From assembly GCA_030704615.1 (NCBI GenBank), contig CM060731.1, positions 86,862,001-86,926,000 on the forward strand: a stretch of 64,000 nucleotides of DNA. Reading direction: 5' to 3'. Shown piece by piece: positions 38,001 to 50,022 of this stretch (position 1 is the stretch's first letter; every line of letters starts with the position of its first letter). The translations under genes and the position numbers were made by a program. Under the pieces are notes generated by a model that worked only from the letters and a program-made list of their open reading frames with translations, did not search any database and was not told where the DNA came from. The DNA is from Takakia lepidozioides (Eukaryota > Plantae > Bryophyta).

Positions 38001-38385
38001 GCAGAGGCCACCAACAAAATACTATGCATTATTTTGGCTAAGATAGTCAATGCGAACAAGACAGACTGAGATACAAAGCTGTTGACAGCTTTGTGGTCAT
38101 ACATGACTTCATATAAAGTCACCACCAAGTATACACCATTCCAATTAGTTTATGGTATGGAAGCTTTACTTCCAGTGGAATTCTTATTACCTACCATGAG
38201 AACTGAATGGGGGAGGAGAATGGAATTGGAGGATTCAATTAAAGTAAGGAAACATGAACTATATCATGTGGAAGAAGTACATGCTGATGCAGCAGATAAC
38301 ATGGCCAGAATTCAGATGAAGAGGAAGGATCAGTTTGATGAAGGTAAATTGAAGACTTTTAAGACATGTGATTTGGTACTGTGGA
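35011..38385 (+). pseudogene. pol: pol polyprotein (protease, reverse transcriptase, RNase H, integrase), disrupted
   Basis: LIDGGSG; SPIVIVPKKNGKLRVC; DGFSGYNQ; MPFGLCNAPATFQ; FLDD; RNase H CDASG...YASRLLNSAERNYSTIEREAL; integrase GHF...CKSCDQCQ, WGLDFVGP, ISDQGSHF, GNGQAE; several stops and frameshifts. Confidence 0.95.
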
Positions 38386-39581
38386 TTACTGGAAGCACGG
38401 CCATTAGAGAGGGAGACAGAAGTTACTTCAGTACCACGGCCATCACAGCAAGTTGACCAAGTTGCCCCAGTGGTAACTCAAACTGGACTTGCTATTACAC
38501 CGGAGCCTCTTACTGTGGAGAGGGAGGGATTGGACATCCCCACTACAGAGCAGGTAGTGGCAGAAATTGAGAAGGGTGATCTTCTCTATGAAAACTCTGG
38601 TATGGTCGGAGACCCCATGGTACCAAAGGTACAGAGTCAGCCCAAGGAAATCCCTGATGTGCAGGTTATGCCCAAAACTGTGACAGAGGTTGAAGGGATA
38701 AAGGGCAAGGTACTGCAGCACCTGTGGAAGATGAGGTTGCTCAGGAACAAGATCTTGTGGGATCATGGCCTGATTGGTTTGTGAAACATCAAACTGTAGA
38801 GAATCAGGAAGAACAACAGCATGTTCTCCATGAAGACCCACAGTAGGCCATGCTTATGAGTTCCATAAGCAGGACTCTCAATCTGTTGGGCACCTATGTC
38901 AAGACTCATGTTCCTTCCACTCAGTTGGCAGCATTGCGGGAGGAGCTCAAGCAAGAGCTTGAGGCAAGAATTGTCACTGAGTGTGCAAACAAGGTGGATG
39001 TGGAGGCCAACCTCAAGTTGCAGAAAGAGTTGGAGGACACTAAAGCTGCCCTACAACTTGCGAAGGAGAATTCAATTGAAGCGGGTCTTGAGCAGGAGAA
39101 GTTGCATGAAGTGCATAAGCAGCAGCTATATCAGATGCAGGTTCAGCATGAAGGCAAGTTGCATGAAGTGAAGTTGCTTCATATGGAATTGGAAACAGTC
39201 ATTCAGAAAGTGCTCATACAGTGTGCCACACTAACGACTAGTCTGGAGATGGCTGCAATGGAGGTCAAGAAGCAAGCTGAGAGATGTATATCGGCGGAGA
39301 CAGAAGTAATGGAGCGGGGGAAACTCATTGCTGACATGAAGGATACTCTCTGTTGCAATGAGGATACCATTCAGCAGTTGCACCAGGTCGATGCCCAGAA
39401 GGACAGATACATCTTTGAGTTGCAGCAAACAATCACAGTACGGGAGAATGAACTTTCTGTGAGTGAAAGGGCCTGGAAAGAAGTGAATAATCTGTCAACT
39501 GCCTATGCAGCTCTGGCTGAGCCTCATGCAAAGCGCATGGAGACTTTACAACAGCAGTTGGAAACATACAGGCTCAAGGAG
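38386..39581 (+). pseudogene. 3' extra ORF (coiled-coil) of gypsy copy B, partial
   Basis: Homologous to ~53085-54280 (MLMSSISRTLNLLGTYVK...); joined directly to the integrase by a deletion. Confidence 0.82.
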
Positions 39582-40044
39582 GGGGGCTGCTATTTCATGA
39601 GCCATGAGCCATGAGCGGCATGAGCCATGAGCAGAGTCGTAAGTGTGAAAAAAAACATGAGCAGCACTATTTTCCGGAAATGAGTGTCCGCGGGAATAGG
39701 GTTTAGGGTGCCACGGTCATAGGGGGAGAAGGACCTCCCGATGAAGGAGGTTCGGCAATGTTATTTAGAATTATATATTGAAAGGCAATGTTTCGCGAAT
39801 GGTAGGGTGGTACTGCTCTGTACAATGGGGGCCCATTTCAGCCTACCAGCCACTTGCAAAATCCACCCACACTCCCAATCCCAAACGAAATGAGCAATGA
39901 CGCATTCTAGGAACGATGGACACAGAATAGAATAAAAAGAGGGCACAATGAGGTTTTTATTGATCCACATGAATTGCATTTGAAGCACGTCTACTGTGCT
40001 GATTGTGCAATCAAATCTTTAGCCCTGTGCCTACTGAATACAAG

Positions 40045-40608
40045 TCACGTTGTCAATGGGACTTCGACTGCTCTCAGAACTAGCTCATGAGTCATGGGGC
40101 TCCTCCATGTAAAGTCGATTGCAGCCGTTGTACCGCCCCTAGTGATGTTCACCACAATGTCCTGCCCTTCAATCATACCACCATCGAATATGGAAATCTT
40201 CACGTTTTCGTCGTCCACACCAATGCGAATGTCCCCATACAATGGAGAAGAGGAGCGCACTCCTTGAGGAGAATAGGTCTCTCCGATGGAGTCCACCCAC
40301 GTCCAGTGGCAGCAGTTCCACCGCAACAGCATAGCAGTGCGCCTTCTTCTGCATGGGTGACCGTCGTAGCTGGGAAAATCGGAATCGAGGATGCGCAGGA
40401 GCCATGGACTCCTCAGACCAAGATCGTCACCCCGCTCGAAGGCGTAGTGGCCTACGATATACTCAAAAGCCACCAATGTTTCCACAATCGAACCAGTATC
40501 TTCTGTGTAATCTGTGTACCAGATAACAATGTCTCCCGATGTGGCCGAATACATTGCATAATCGATGCCTCCAAATGGGCAGTCGTCCCGGTTCCGGAAG
40601 CACGGCAT
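40045..40608 (-). CDS. MULE cargo ORF X1, ~187 aa, unknown function
   Basis: Intact from MPCFRNRDDCP to ELVLRAVEVPLTT; aligns end to end with X2. Confidence 0.7.
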   Translation of the reverse strand: MPCFRNRDDCPFGGIDYAMYSATSGDIVIWYTDYTEDTGSIVETLVAFEYIVGHYAFERGDDLGLRSPWLLRILDSDFPSYDGHPCRRRRTAMLLRWNCCHWTWVDSIGETYSPQGVRSSSPLYGDIRIGVDDENVKISIFDGGMIEGQDIVVNITRGGTTAAIDFTWRSPMTHELVLRAVEVPLTT

Positions 40609-41139
40609 CCTTGCAAAGGAGGACCTGAGGACGACTTGGATGCAGATGACAATGACCTTGCGGACAGCTACGAAGCCCTTAGATTTTGGAAATGATGCGA
40701 AGCGGAAGAGCAGTCCGGCCTCCAATAATGGAGCATCTGGGTCCCACGTACCCACCAACGGAGGTGGATGAACCCATACATCTTTCTCATCAAGAAGTTA
40801 TAGTTTGAGATCTGCCACCGAAGTCCATCCCCCCGGATGGAAATTCGGCGCTGCATTTACATCGAAGAGGGGATGGACTTCGTCGTGTCCAGTGGCTATC
40901 GGCCCACCTGGCAGTGAGTGCCCATAGTTTGCATGGCAGGGTAGGAAACTGAAACGGCTACATTCATGAAGCAGCCAATCTTCATCGGTCCAGGATCCTG
41001 TAGGGGGGAAATTTAAATGTGCCCTGGAGTGTTTGTGACGAATTGCAGCGTTAGCTTGAACTTTTTCCAGCCACCGCGCTGCTCCTCCTCCATCCGGGAG
41101 CTGCTGTCATTGAGCGTACTCCGCTACTCTTTTTCAAGG

Positions 41140-41698
41140 ATGCCGTGCCGCCGAAATCCAGCCGACTGCCCTTATCATGGCCACGATTATGCTAGACATC
41201 ATTGTCTGGCTCTCTGTTTTCACAGACGCTGCTGGAATCAAGCAAAAGTCTTTGCGCGCAATGGAGTATCTGGAGGGCTATTACCGCTTTGAGCGAGGTG
41301 AGGGCGAGGGTCAATGCGGTCCGTGGGTCCTGAAAATTGTTGACCTCGATATACCAAGCTGGAAAGGGATGCCGGACAGATCACGCACGGCCTCGCTTTG
41401 GCGCTGGAACTGCTACCAGTGGACCAGGGAGGACGGCACCGGGGAAAACTATATACGTGCAGATCACTCCGCTCTTCCAGTGTATGGAGACATTCGGCTG
41501 AGTTGCGAAGATGAATCGCACGGGCACATGAGGCCCACAGTGACCTTGTCAATGTATGATGGTGGTATCATTGATGGACATGACATTGTCGTCGGCTCCA
41601 GCAAGGGCAGCAGAACGACCGAATTGCAGTTTACCTCGAGGTGCCGCAGCAGTGATGAGCTTGTTTTGAGGGGTATCGAAGTTCCGTCGACTTGGTGA
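41140..41698 (+). pseudogene. MULE cargo ORF X2, paralogue of X1, frameshifted near 41195
   Basis: MPCRRNPADCP...DIIVW...EYLEGYYRFERG...PWVLKIVD...RWNCYQWT...YGDIR...DGGIIDGHDIVV...ELVLRGIEVP. Confidence 0.7.
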
Positions 41699-41954
41699 AG
41701 CCCATGTAGAAGGAGGAAGGGCTTAGTTTTGTCTGCAGTTGGTAAATGTGAGACATCGTGTCCGATCAATAAACCCATCGTACCTCACTTCTGTATGATT
41801 GTGTTTCATTCTGTTGAATAACTGTCGGAATTGGCCCACTGTTTACAATTTGATGTCTCATTTCTACAATGTGTCTGTCCGGATGAATATAGCAGAGTAA
41901 CCGGTATGTGAGTCATGTGTCAAGAATATACCAGAGTAACGCCATGTCGGACAT

Positions 41955-42660
41955 TGAAATGCGGCACCGCATTTCCATGTGGGACAAGGAAATGCGGTGC
42001 ATCATTTCCGTCCAGGTACACGAAATACCAACACGGGTCTATAAATTGGACAGACAACGAGGTTGGCATTGCAAATGCGGCGACGCATTTCCAGCTTGGT
42101 AATGGAAACTTCTTTTTGGACAAGGGAATGCGGTGCCGCATTTCCGTCCAACACTTCGAAAAGTGTGACATTTCCGACCAGCGCGATGGAATGCGTTACC
42201 GCATTTCCGTGAGAGGGTCTGCAAATGGACAAATTGCGATGTCCGTTCTGGAAATGCGGCGCCGCATTTCCATGTCCGTCATCGACTTTTTTTTTACAAT
42301 GGAATGCGGTGCCAATTTTTGGTGATGGGCCTGCAGTTCGAACAACGACCATCCCCAATATGGAAATGCGGCACCGCATTTTCAATTCCGCCATCTCGAC
42401 CTCCTTGTTCGACCTCCTTGTTCGACCTCTGTAAGCGTGGTGGCATCCATGCAATGAGCGGGAGAGGCCAAAACTGGCGTGTGGACAAAGGAAATTTTGG
42501 AAATGCGGCACCGCATCTCCAATCAGCCGATTACTTTTTACTATGCCAACATTGAAATGGAAAATTTAGTCCCTCCCCTGTTTTGGAAATGCGGTGCCGC
42601 ATTTCCAAAAGAGGTTCTTAGAGTTGCCAAAATTTTGGAAATGCGGTGCCCCATTTCTGA
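41955..42660. repeat. Cluster of GGAAATGCGGCGCCGCATTTCC palindromes
   Basis: Starts at about 41955, 41988, 42071, 42124, 42187, 42250, 42300, 42362, 42499, 42584, 42637. Confidence 0.9.
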
Positions 42661-42794
42661 TTTTGGGAGCGTCGTGGTTTGAGCGATTGTGTGGCTGGAA
42701 TGCACACTGGAGAGGGGTCACGAATGTCTAGCAGAATTTCCTTTATATACTCTGGAAGAGAATTTACATTTACAGAGACTTCATTAAAATTCTA

Positions 42795-45700
42795 TTAATC
42801 TTGAAAATCATCCGAATCCTCATCCTGTTCTAGACTGTCCTGCTCCGCCTCCATCCCCTCAGTGCCTTTCTCATCTCCAGCGGACTGCTCGTTGGCCTGG
42901 CTTTCGAAAATCCCATCTTCCCCTTGCGGAACTGTCCATCTCACCTCCGTTGGGTCGTCTTCCTCCCTGTCTGCGTCGCTCTCATCCGCTGAATCACATA
43001 TGTACTTTCGTACCCGTCTACCTGTCTGAGCTGCTGCCAACTCTTTCCTTATCTTTCTGTCCTCCCTAGCCCTCTCCAAAATCTGCTCTACTTTATTGGG
43101 ATTCTCACTTCTTCTAATCGCTGTATTTGCGAGTTTAGCTGCATAACTAGGAAGGGAGTAGTCCCTCACCGGGCTCGTCATGAAGTCGGCCCTCGCAAAG
43201 AACGGGACATTCTTCCTGGCAGGAAGTGTAGGCCCTACATGTTTCGACCCGGACCCTGCAATCCTGCACATGACAATCATCAACGAGACTAATGAGAACC
43301 ACAGTCGGGAAATTCGTTTGACATAAATGACCCAGAAGGCTTTGCAAACTTACAATGTTTGCACTCACTCGTATTCCGGGTTCTCCTCCGCATCAATGTC
43401 CACAGTGTCTTCCTCGGACTCCGACGAATCCGAGGAGACTTCCGCTCTGTCGGGAGCCTTAACATTCCGTTGCAGCCCTTCCAGATGGGATCCCCACACA
43501 GATGAATCCTCCTCGTAGGCAAAGAGGTGCCGGTCGGAAAACCGCCCAGCCCACATTGAGGCACCTGTTACAATGCCATCCACACATTACCACATGGCGC
43601 TTCAGATGTTGCGAACTACATCCTAACGAGAATTTGCAGAACAGCATAGATCAAGATTCTGCATACCTATCCCACAGATGAGGTCGAGCACTGTGCCCTC
43701 CACGTCTGTGCATGTCTCCATAATTGTCTGAATGAAGGCAGGGCTCCGAGTCCGTGAGTACCGCAGGGGTTCCGTTGAAGTGAGGCTATGAGGGAGAAGT
43801 TCCTTGGGAACGTTGTTGAACAGAACGTTGTAATCGAGTGGGTCGCAGTTCGGGTCAACCTTTCCTCCCTCCTTCCGGAAAGCAAAGGTGGAGTTCTCCT
43901 TCACAAAGCAGTATGCATCAAACTGCTTCGTCTGCATACACAGGGGGAAAACGATTAGAAACCGAATGCGGCACCGCATTTGAAAACACCCAAGCAAATG
44001 AATGGATGAGTGCCAGTGTCGTAATCACCTTCTTCCCTTCCGACCGAAGGCCCAGTGTGTTGATGCACGTCCACTTCTTTTTCAGAATCGGGACGGCGCT
44101 CTTGCGGGTCCACTTCGCAATTCCTGTCTGAGTGTTTTTTCCTCTGCTCGCCAGGACAACCACACAGCCTCTGTCGTCCAACACCATGCAGGCAAGCCCA
44201 AATCCTTTCTTCCAAAAGTCCTCCGAGTACCTGTTCCAAGATGGCAAAGCTTGCAGTCCTTCCACAGGCTCTCCGTCCAGAATATCCAAGATGATCATAT
44301 CGCAAGACCACTCGGTGGCATTTCCGCCCCTCCTACAATCCTTGTCTGCACACACCCTCTCAAAGAACGAGACCATATTCTGAAATCCTGGGGTGTCGGA
44401 AGGCTCTTCGGCAGTCGCCTTCTTCAGTGCTCTGCCCTTCAGACCCTCCATGGTCTTCATGTATGCCAACTTGGCTGCCCGTCCATCCAAAGCCGCCAAG
44501 AAACTCTCATTTACACACTGGACTACTGTTTGGGAGCCACTTTCGGCCTCTTCATTTCCACCGGCTCGAAAGGGTGCCCCCCTGGGGGGTTGAAGAGTGC
44601 CTACTTTGCCGAGCCAGTTCTCGTGCCTCTCGTGACAACGGTGGGCACAGGGGAGGCAGCCTGCGTTTGGGGGGGTGGGCTGGTTGCAAAGTCTCCATCG
44701 GAGTCCTCTTCCTCACCCTCTTCCTGAACATGCTGTTTCTGCTTCTTCGTTTTGGCGGGTGTCACAACAGCTGCTCCTTGCTGGCGAGTCCTCTTCTTCG
44801 ACCCCTTCTGTTGGGCCTGCACAGCTGCATCCACCGTCTTTTGTGCCATCTCAGCTGCCTTTCTGGATTCTTCCAGAGCAGCAGATTCCTTTGCCGACTT
44901 TGGCCCAGCAGGGACACGTCTTTCTTTTCTCTTCTCTTCTGCCAAGGCGTGCAGATCTTTCTCAGACTCGTCAACAATACCGCCAGACATGTCCAGGTAC
45001 CACGGGCATCCAACGAGATGCGCGGGATGCCATTGTTTCTGCATCTCGGGTGTGTAGACACAGCTTGGGCCCGCCACGGTCCAAGCCATGAAGAACGGGG
45101 GCTCTTGAGCCAGGGCCCCTGTCTGAAGGAGCACGTATTTCATATACCTGCAAGGCAGTCAGCATGCGTGAGAAAAAGTTGAGACCAACCTACTCGCAGA
45201 GTGCCACCGAAAACATAAAATGCGAATGCGGTGCCGCATTTCCGAGACAAACCTCGTAACCAGGGTTTGCATACAAGGGCAGCTGTGCTTCACCTGTAAA
45301 CAATTCGCATTGCAGCTTTCCCCGCTCGCTCCCGATGTGTAAACTCCACGCTCCTTCTTGTTGTCTGTAGCTCTCTAGCGAAAAGGTTATCCTTGTACGC
45401 ACATCTGAAACGTGTCACGTAGTCTTCCAATGTCTGTGTTCCATCCCATTTGACGTACAAGCCGAACGAATTTGTGTGCATTACGACTTGCTCCTTCGCA
45501 TTCGACATTACCTGCGATTCCCAAATGCATTGTCACGTAGCAGTTCAGGGAATTCATGTCAGAAAAGCAAATCTGGGGAAGTACCTTGAATTACCTGGAA
45601 CCACCAAGTCATACGGTTGAGCCACACATCCACTGCAGGGTCGGAAACTTCCAGTGGAAAAGACCACATTGTCCTTATGCTCTCGGATGCATTCCAGATC

Positions 45701-47700
45701 GACAGCCACCGTGTCTGCCATTTCCGATCCAATGTCAGGAGCTGGAAGAGAGTGGCTATTGCTAGGAAGGAACTTCAGTGCATTGAAACCTCACCTTCTC
45801 TTTCGCCTCCACACATGCCGTTGAGAGGTGATGCAGTTTCTCCAATTGCATGGTCGGCTGCATGGCCCGAGAATAGTGTTTTGCAATCTCGGGGATGAAG
45901 TCCTTTCCAAGTGCCGGATCTGCAATTGCCACCAGCTTCACAAGCTTTGACTTGTATTTGGTTCTGGACTTGACACCGGCTTCCTTCAAGTGCTCAGTCA
46001 ATGACTGCAACGTTTTGACCTGCCCCTCACTTTCCATGAAGAAGCGTTTGGCATGGGCCAAATCCAGCTTGATGTTTGACTGCCAACAAAAACATGCAAA
46101 AGCGTTACATTCGATTCATGTGGAAACATTACTGAAAATTGGGGAAGGATGAGCAGAGGGAAATTGGAGGACGACTTACTTTGTATATCACCTCCACCAT
46201 TCCATCCATAGTGAGACGATACCATGTCCGGTCTGTTTTTGCAACGGCTTTCTGAATGAGCTCGGGCTCCAGCATTTCCGCAAACATCTGCGGATCAGTG
46301 AGACCAGTTTTCCTCACCCTATACAGCATATGTGCCATGTGGGTATGCACGTACGCATTCTCAGTGACCCTGCAAGGCACACTCTCCAGTTCAGTACACG
46401 GAAGCACGGAAACAAACCAGAATGGAAACCGAAATGCGGCACCGCATTTCGAACGTGCTAGGGAGGGTATGAGTATCTTACGAGTTGAGGTCCGCCATGC
46501 ATTCTTGAGCAGGGAGGAGTCTGCCGCCTTCACCTTGAGGATGACACACTCCACCATGTAATGCCAGCCAATGTGCTTGGCATGGTTCTGCTTGATGTAC
46601 TCCCACCAGGCAAGAAGTCGGTGATTCCCGTCCCACACAAAGAACATTTTACCCGACATATGGCCGAAGTCTGGATCACCCTTCAGCGTCGCCTCGAATT
46701 CGTGGTTGCGAGTGTGCGTGGGTATCCCACGTTGACAATTCATCGGCAGTGGGTCCACGAGTTTCGCCGTCCTCATTCTCAATGGAAACGTAAAACGCTG
46801 CCGATCCCAGACGGTACCCTTCTCGAAATGCGAACTTGAGCTTATCCACATCTCCGGGAAGGGCCTGCCTGACGATGGGAAGGGAGACCATGCGACAGAG
46901 TGGGATTCGAAGAGTCCGCTGGAATACCCTGCTGCCCAGAACTCTGCCAATGCTACTGTGTGTCTCCTCCAACATTTAATCCGCTGCACTTTTGAAATCC
47001 TCCGGAGACATGTCTGTAGGTGCCGGTAGTGGCTGAGCAGCTGGAGCATCCTCAACTGGAGCTACACTCTGGGGCCTGTCTGCGGGCAATTCTGCCATTG
47101 CAGAGGCCTCCTCCGGGCCTGCTTGCTCATCGGTGGTGAGGTCTTGCTGCGAACGTTGAGCGGCAGCACCCTCCTCCGGTACCAAATCGAGATCAACGGT
47201 CGATCCCATTGCCTTCGCTGCAGCAGAGTCGGCCCCAACATCTACAGGCGGGAAATCCTCCAGGAACTGAGCTTCAGCTCGTGGAAGCGGTTTTGCGGGA
47301 GATTGTTCACCCGTCGCCCTGATTGCCTTCTGCTTCCTCATCCTTGCAGGTGAAGGTGTCTGCTGCAATTGAATCTGTCTTCTACCCTGCTACTTCATTC
47401 GCGTTGGGGGGGTGAATCGGCCTGAGCCGGTTCAGAAGCCAGTAGAGGGACGGGCTGCTTCTTCTTCGACTTTGCTGGAGAAGGGCCCGACCCCTGCTGG
47501 CGATTCTCCATGACCGAAGAACGCGAGTCGATCTCTGGGGCTTTGAACTTGCCCTTCGAAGACGCGTCTTTGAATCGCACAGGGCTAGGCCCGGCAGGAA
47601 TACCCGCGCTCGGGGATCGGGTGGACGTGCTGGAGGGATCGCAGGAATCCGAAGAGCCGCAGGAAGAGTCCGAGGTTAGGCATGCAAACATGTTTTGCAT
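42795..47700 (-). pseudogene. Multi-exon gene: ParB/Srx-like domain plus beta-class N4C/N6A DNA methyltransferase-like domain (decayed)
   Basis: VRQALPGDVDKLKFAFREGY...FFVWDGNHRLLAW (~46600-46880); CDMIILDILDG at the motif IV position (~44270-44310); splicing intron 43666-43565 gives RSPAFIQTIMETCTDVEGTVLDLICGIGASMWAGRFSDRHLFAYEED (motifs X-I-II). About six short GT-AG introns; several stops and frameshifts; 5' end uncertain (possibly to ~47970). Confidence 0.72.
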
Positions 47701-48381
47701 TCAAGTCTCCTAGCATTCAGTCTAAGAATTAGAGAAGCAAAATTGGGGGTTCGGTGCTCGATCAGTTGCGCGCAGCCCGATCGCATGGAGCTCTCACTGG
47801 TGGCTGGGTTGCCTGAGTGGCCTGCTACTCGGAGATGGCAATCTCCTCCTGTAGACGCATCTGCTTCCTCCCCTTCGGCATTGGCCTACGTCCAAAGTAT
47901 AATTTCCGGAGCTTGCGACGAGGTCTCCTGTCTGGTGCACGAACTCCCCCCTTCTCAGGTTCGAGCATAAGAAGAACAGAGAGAGGGAAAAGGGGCAAAG
48001 AGTGCAGATGGAAAGGGCGCGAGAGGGGTGACTGAGGAGACACGACAAAAGTAGATGAAACGGCGGTGATGCACCACTTGGGTTCGAAAGGGTTGGACGA
48101 AAGTGTCTCCTCGTGGAGTTTGCGTCATTACGAAATTCGAATCGTTCAGGGTACGCCTGCCGTCCGAAAAACAAACATCATTATCCAACGGTCAGGCCGC
48201 GCCGCCTCATGCCCCTTTAGTCAGATATAGTGCCGACATGTGCAGCAATTCCGTTGCTCCACGTGTTCACATTTCAAGGCATTTCCGTCCCAGCGTCTGA
48301 TGAGTTGGAGCGAAAATGCGAATGCGGCGCCGCATTTCCGTTAAGTACCATCACGAAGCTACACATCCGTACTTGTTGGAA

Positions 48382-50022
48382 GAAAATGCGGCACTGCATT
48401 TCCGTTCCACCTTCACATACCTTAGTTGTTGAACGGAAATACGGTCCCGCATTTCCGTTCCACCTTCACATACCTTAGTTGTTGAACGGAAATACGGTGC
48501 CGCATTTCCGTCCCACAGCTCCATGTATTAGATTCAAAAGGGAAATGCGGCGCCGCATTTCCGTTCTGGAATGTCGAAAGGTGCGATTCGGACGGGAATG
48601 AGGCACAACATTTCAGTTCCCGTGGTTCATGATTTTCAATGTGAACGGAAGTGCGGTACCGCATTTCCGTTCCCCCTTCACATACGTTAGTTGATGAATG
48701 GAAATGCCGTGCCACATTTCCGTTCGGGAAAGTATAGAGGTCTCACCTGGACAGAAATGCGGTGCCGCATTTCCGGTCTCGAAAGTTTGAAGGTCTCACA
48801 TGGATGGAAATGCGGCAACACATTTCCGTAACACAGCTCCAGGCCCCATATAGAAAACGGAAATGCGGCGCCGCATTTCCGTTCTAGAATGTCGGAAGGT
48901 GCGACTCGGACGGAAATGCGGTGCCGCATTTCAGTTCCCGTTGCGCACGAATTTCAGTCAGAACGGAAATGCGGTACCACATTTCCGTTCTGTAGAGTAT
49001 TAACGTCTGACGCTGGCGGAAATGTTGTGCCGCATTTTCGTTCCACAGCTCCATGCCTCACATACAAAACGGAAATGCGGCGCCGCATTTCCGTTTTGGA
49101 ATGTCGGAAGGTGCGACTCCGACGGAAATGCGGTACCGCATTTCAGTTCCGATGTTTCAGGATATTTCATCAGAACGGAAATGCGGTGCCGCATTTCCCT
49201 TTTGAATCTAATACATTCCGTTCTGGAATGTTGGGAGGTGCGACTCGGATGGAAATGCGTTGCCGCATTTCAGTTCCGATGGTTCACGATTTTCAGTCAG
49301 AACGGAAATGCGGTACCGCATTTCCGTTCTGGAATGTTGGTAGGTGCGACTCGGATGGAAATACGCTGCCGCATTTCAGTTCAGATGGTTCACGATTTTC
49401 AGTCAGAACGGAAATGCGGTACCGCATTTCCGTTCTGGATAGTATGAATGTCTCAAGCGGTCGGAATTGCGCTGTATGAAGCTGTCGGAATCGCACTCGG
49501 CTCCATGCATCAGATACAAAATGGAAATGCGGCGCCGCATTTCCGTTCTGGAATGTCGGAAAGTGCGACTCGGACAGAAATGCGGTGCCGCATTTATGTT
49601 CCCGTTGTTCATAATTATCAATCAGAACGGAAATGCGGTACCGCATTTCCGTTATGGAGAGTATGAATGTCTTTTAAGGACGGAAATGTGCTGCAGCATT
49701 TCTATCCCTCAGCTCCATGCATCAGATACAAAATGGAAATGCGGCGCCGCATTTCCGTTCTGGAATGTCGGAAAAGTGCGACTCGGACGGAAATGCGGTG
49801 CCGCATTTCTGTTCCCGTTGTTCATAATTCTCAATCAGAACGGAAATGCGGTACCGCATTTCCGTTCCACCTTCACATACCGTGCTTGCTGGATGGAAAT
49901 GCGTTACCGCATTTCCGTTCTGGAGAGTATAAAGGTTTCCCCCGGACGGAAACTCGGTGCCGCATTTCCGTCGCTTTGGTGCATGACCAAGATGGAATAC
50001 GGAAATGCGGCGCCGTATTTTC
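48382..50022. repeat. 53-bp-period array of ~31 GGAAATGCGG(YR)CCGCATTTCC palindromes
   Basis: Starts 48382, 48435, 48488, 48541 ... 49177; 49251 ... 49463; 49523 ... 50001. Steps are +53 (one +54) within runs, with variable 31-bp spacers. Confidence 0.95.

Larger units (their letters stand above)
34990..39581 (+). mobile_element. Ty3/gypsy copy B (5'-truncated, internally deleted), interrupted by MULE copy 4
   Basis: Domain order PR-RT-RH-IN; same family as copy A; continues at 57266-56793 on the minus strand. Confidence 0.9.

Noticed and set aside
48382-50022. CRISPR array (palindromic repeat with 31-bp spacers)
   Set aside because: Spacers are related to each other, repeats are degenerate, there are no cas genes, and the context is a eukaryotic transposon.
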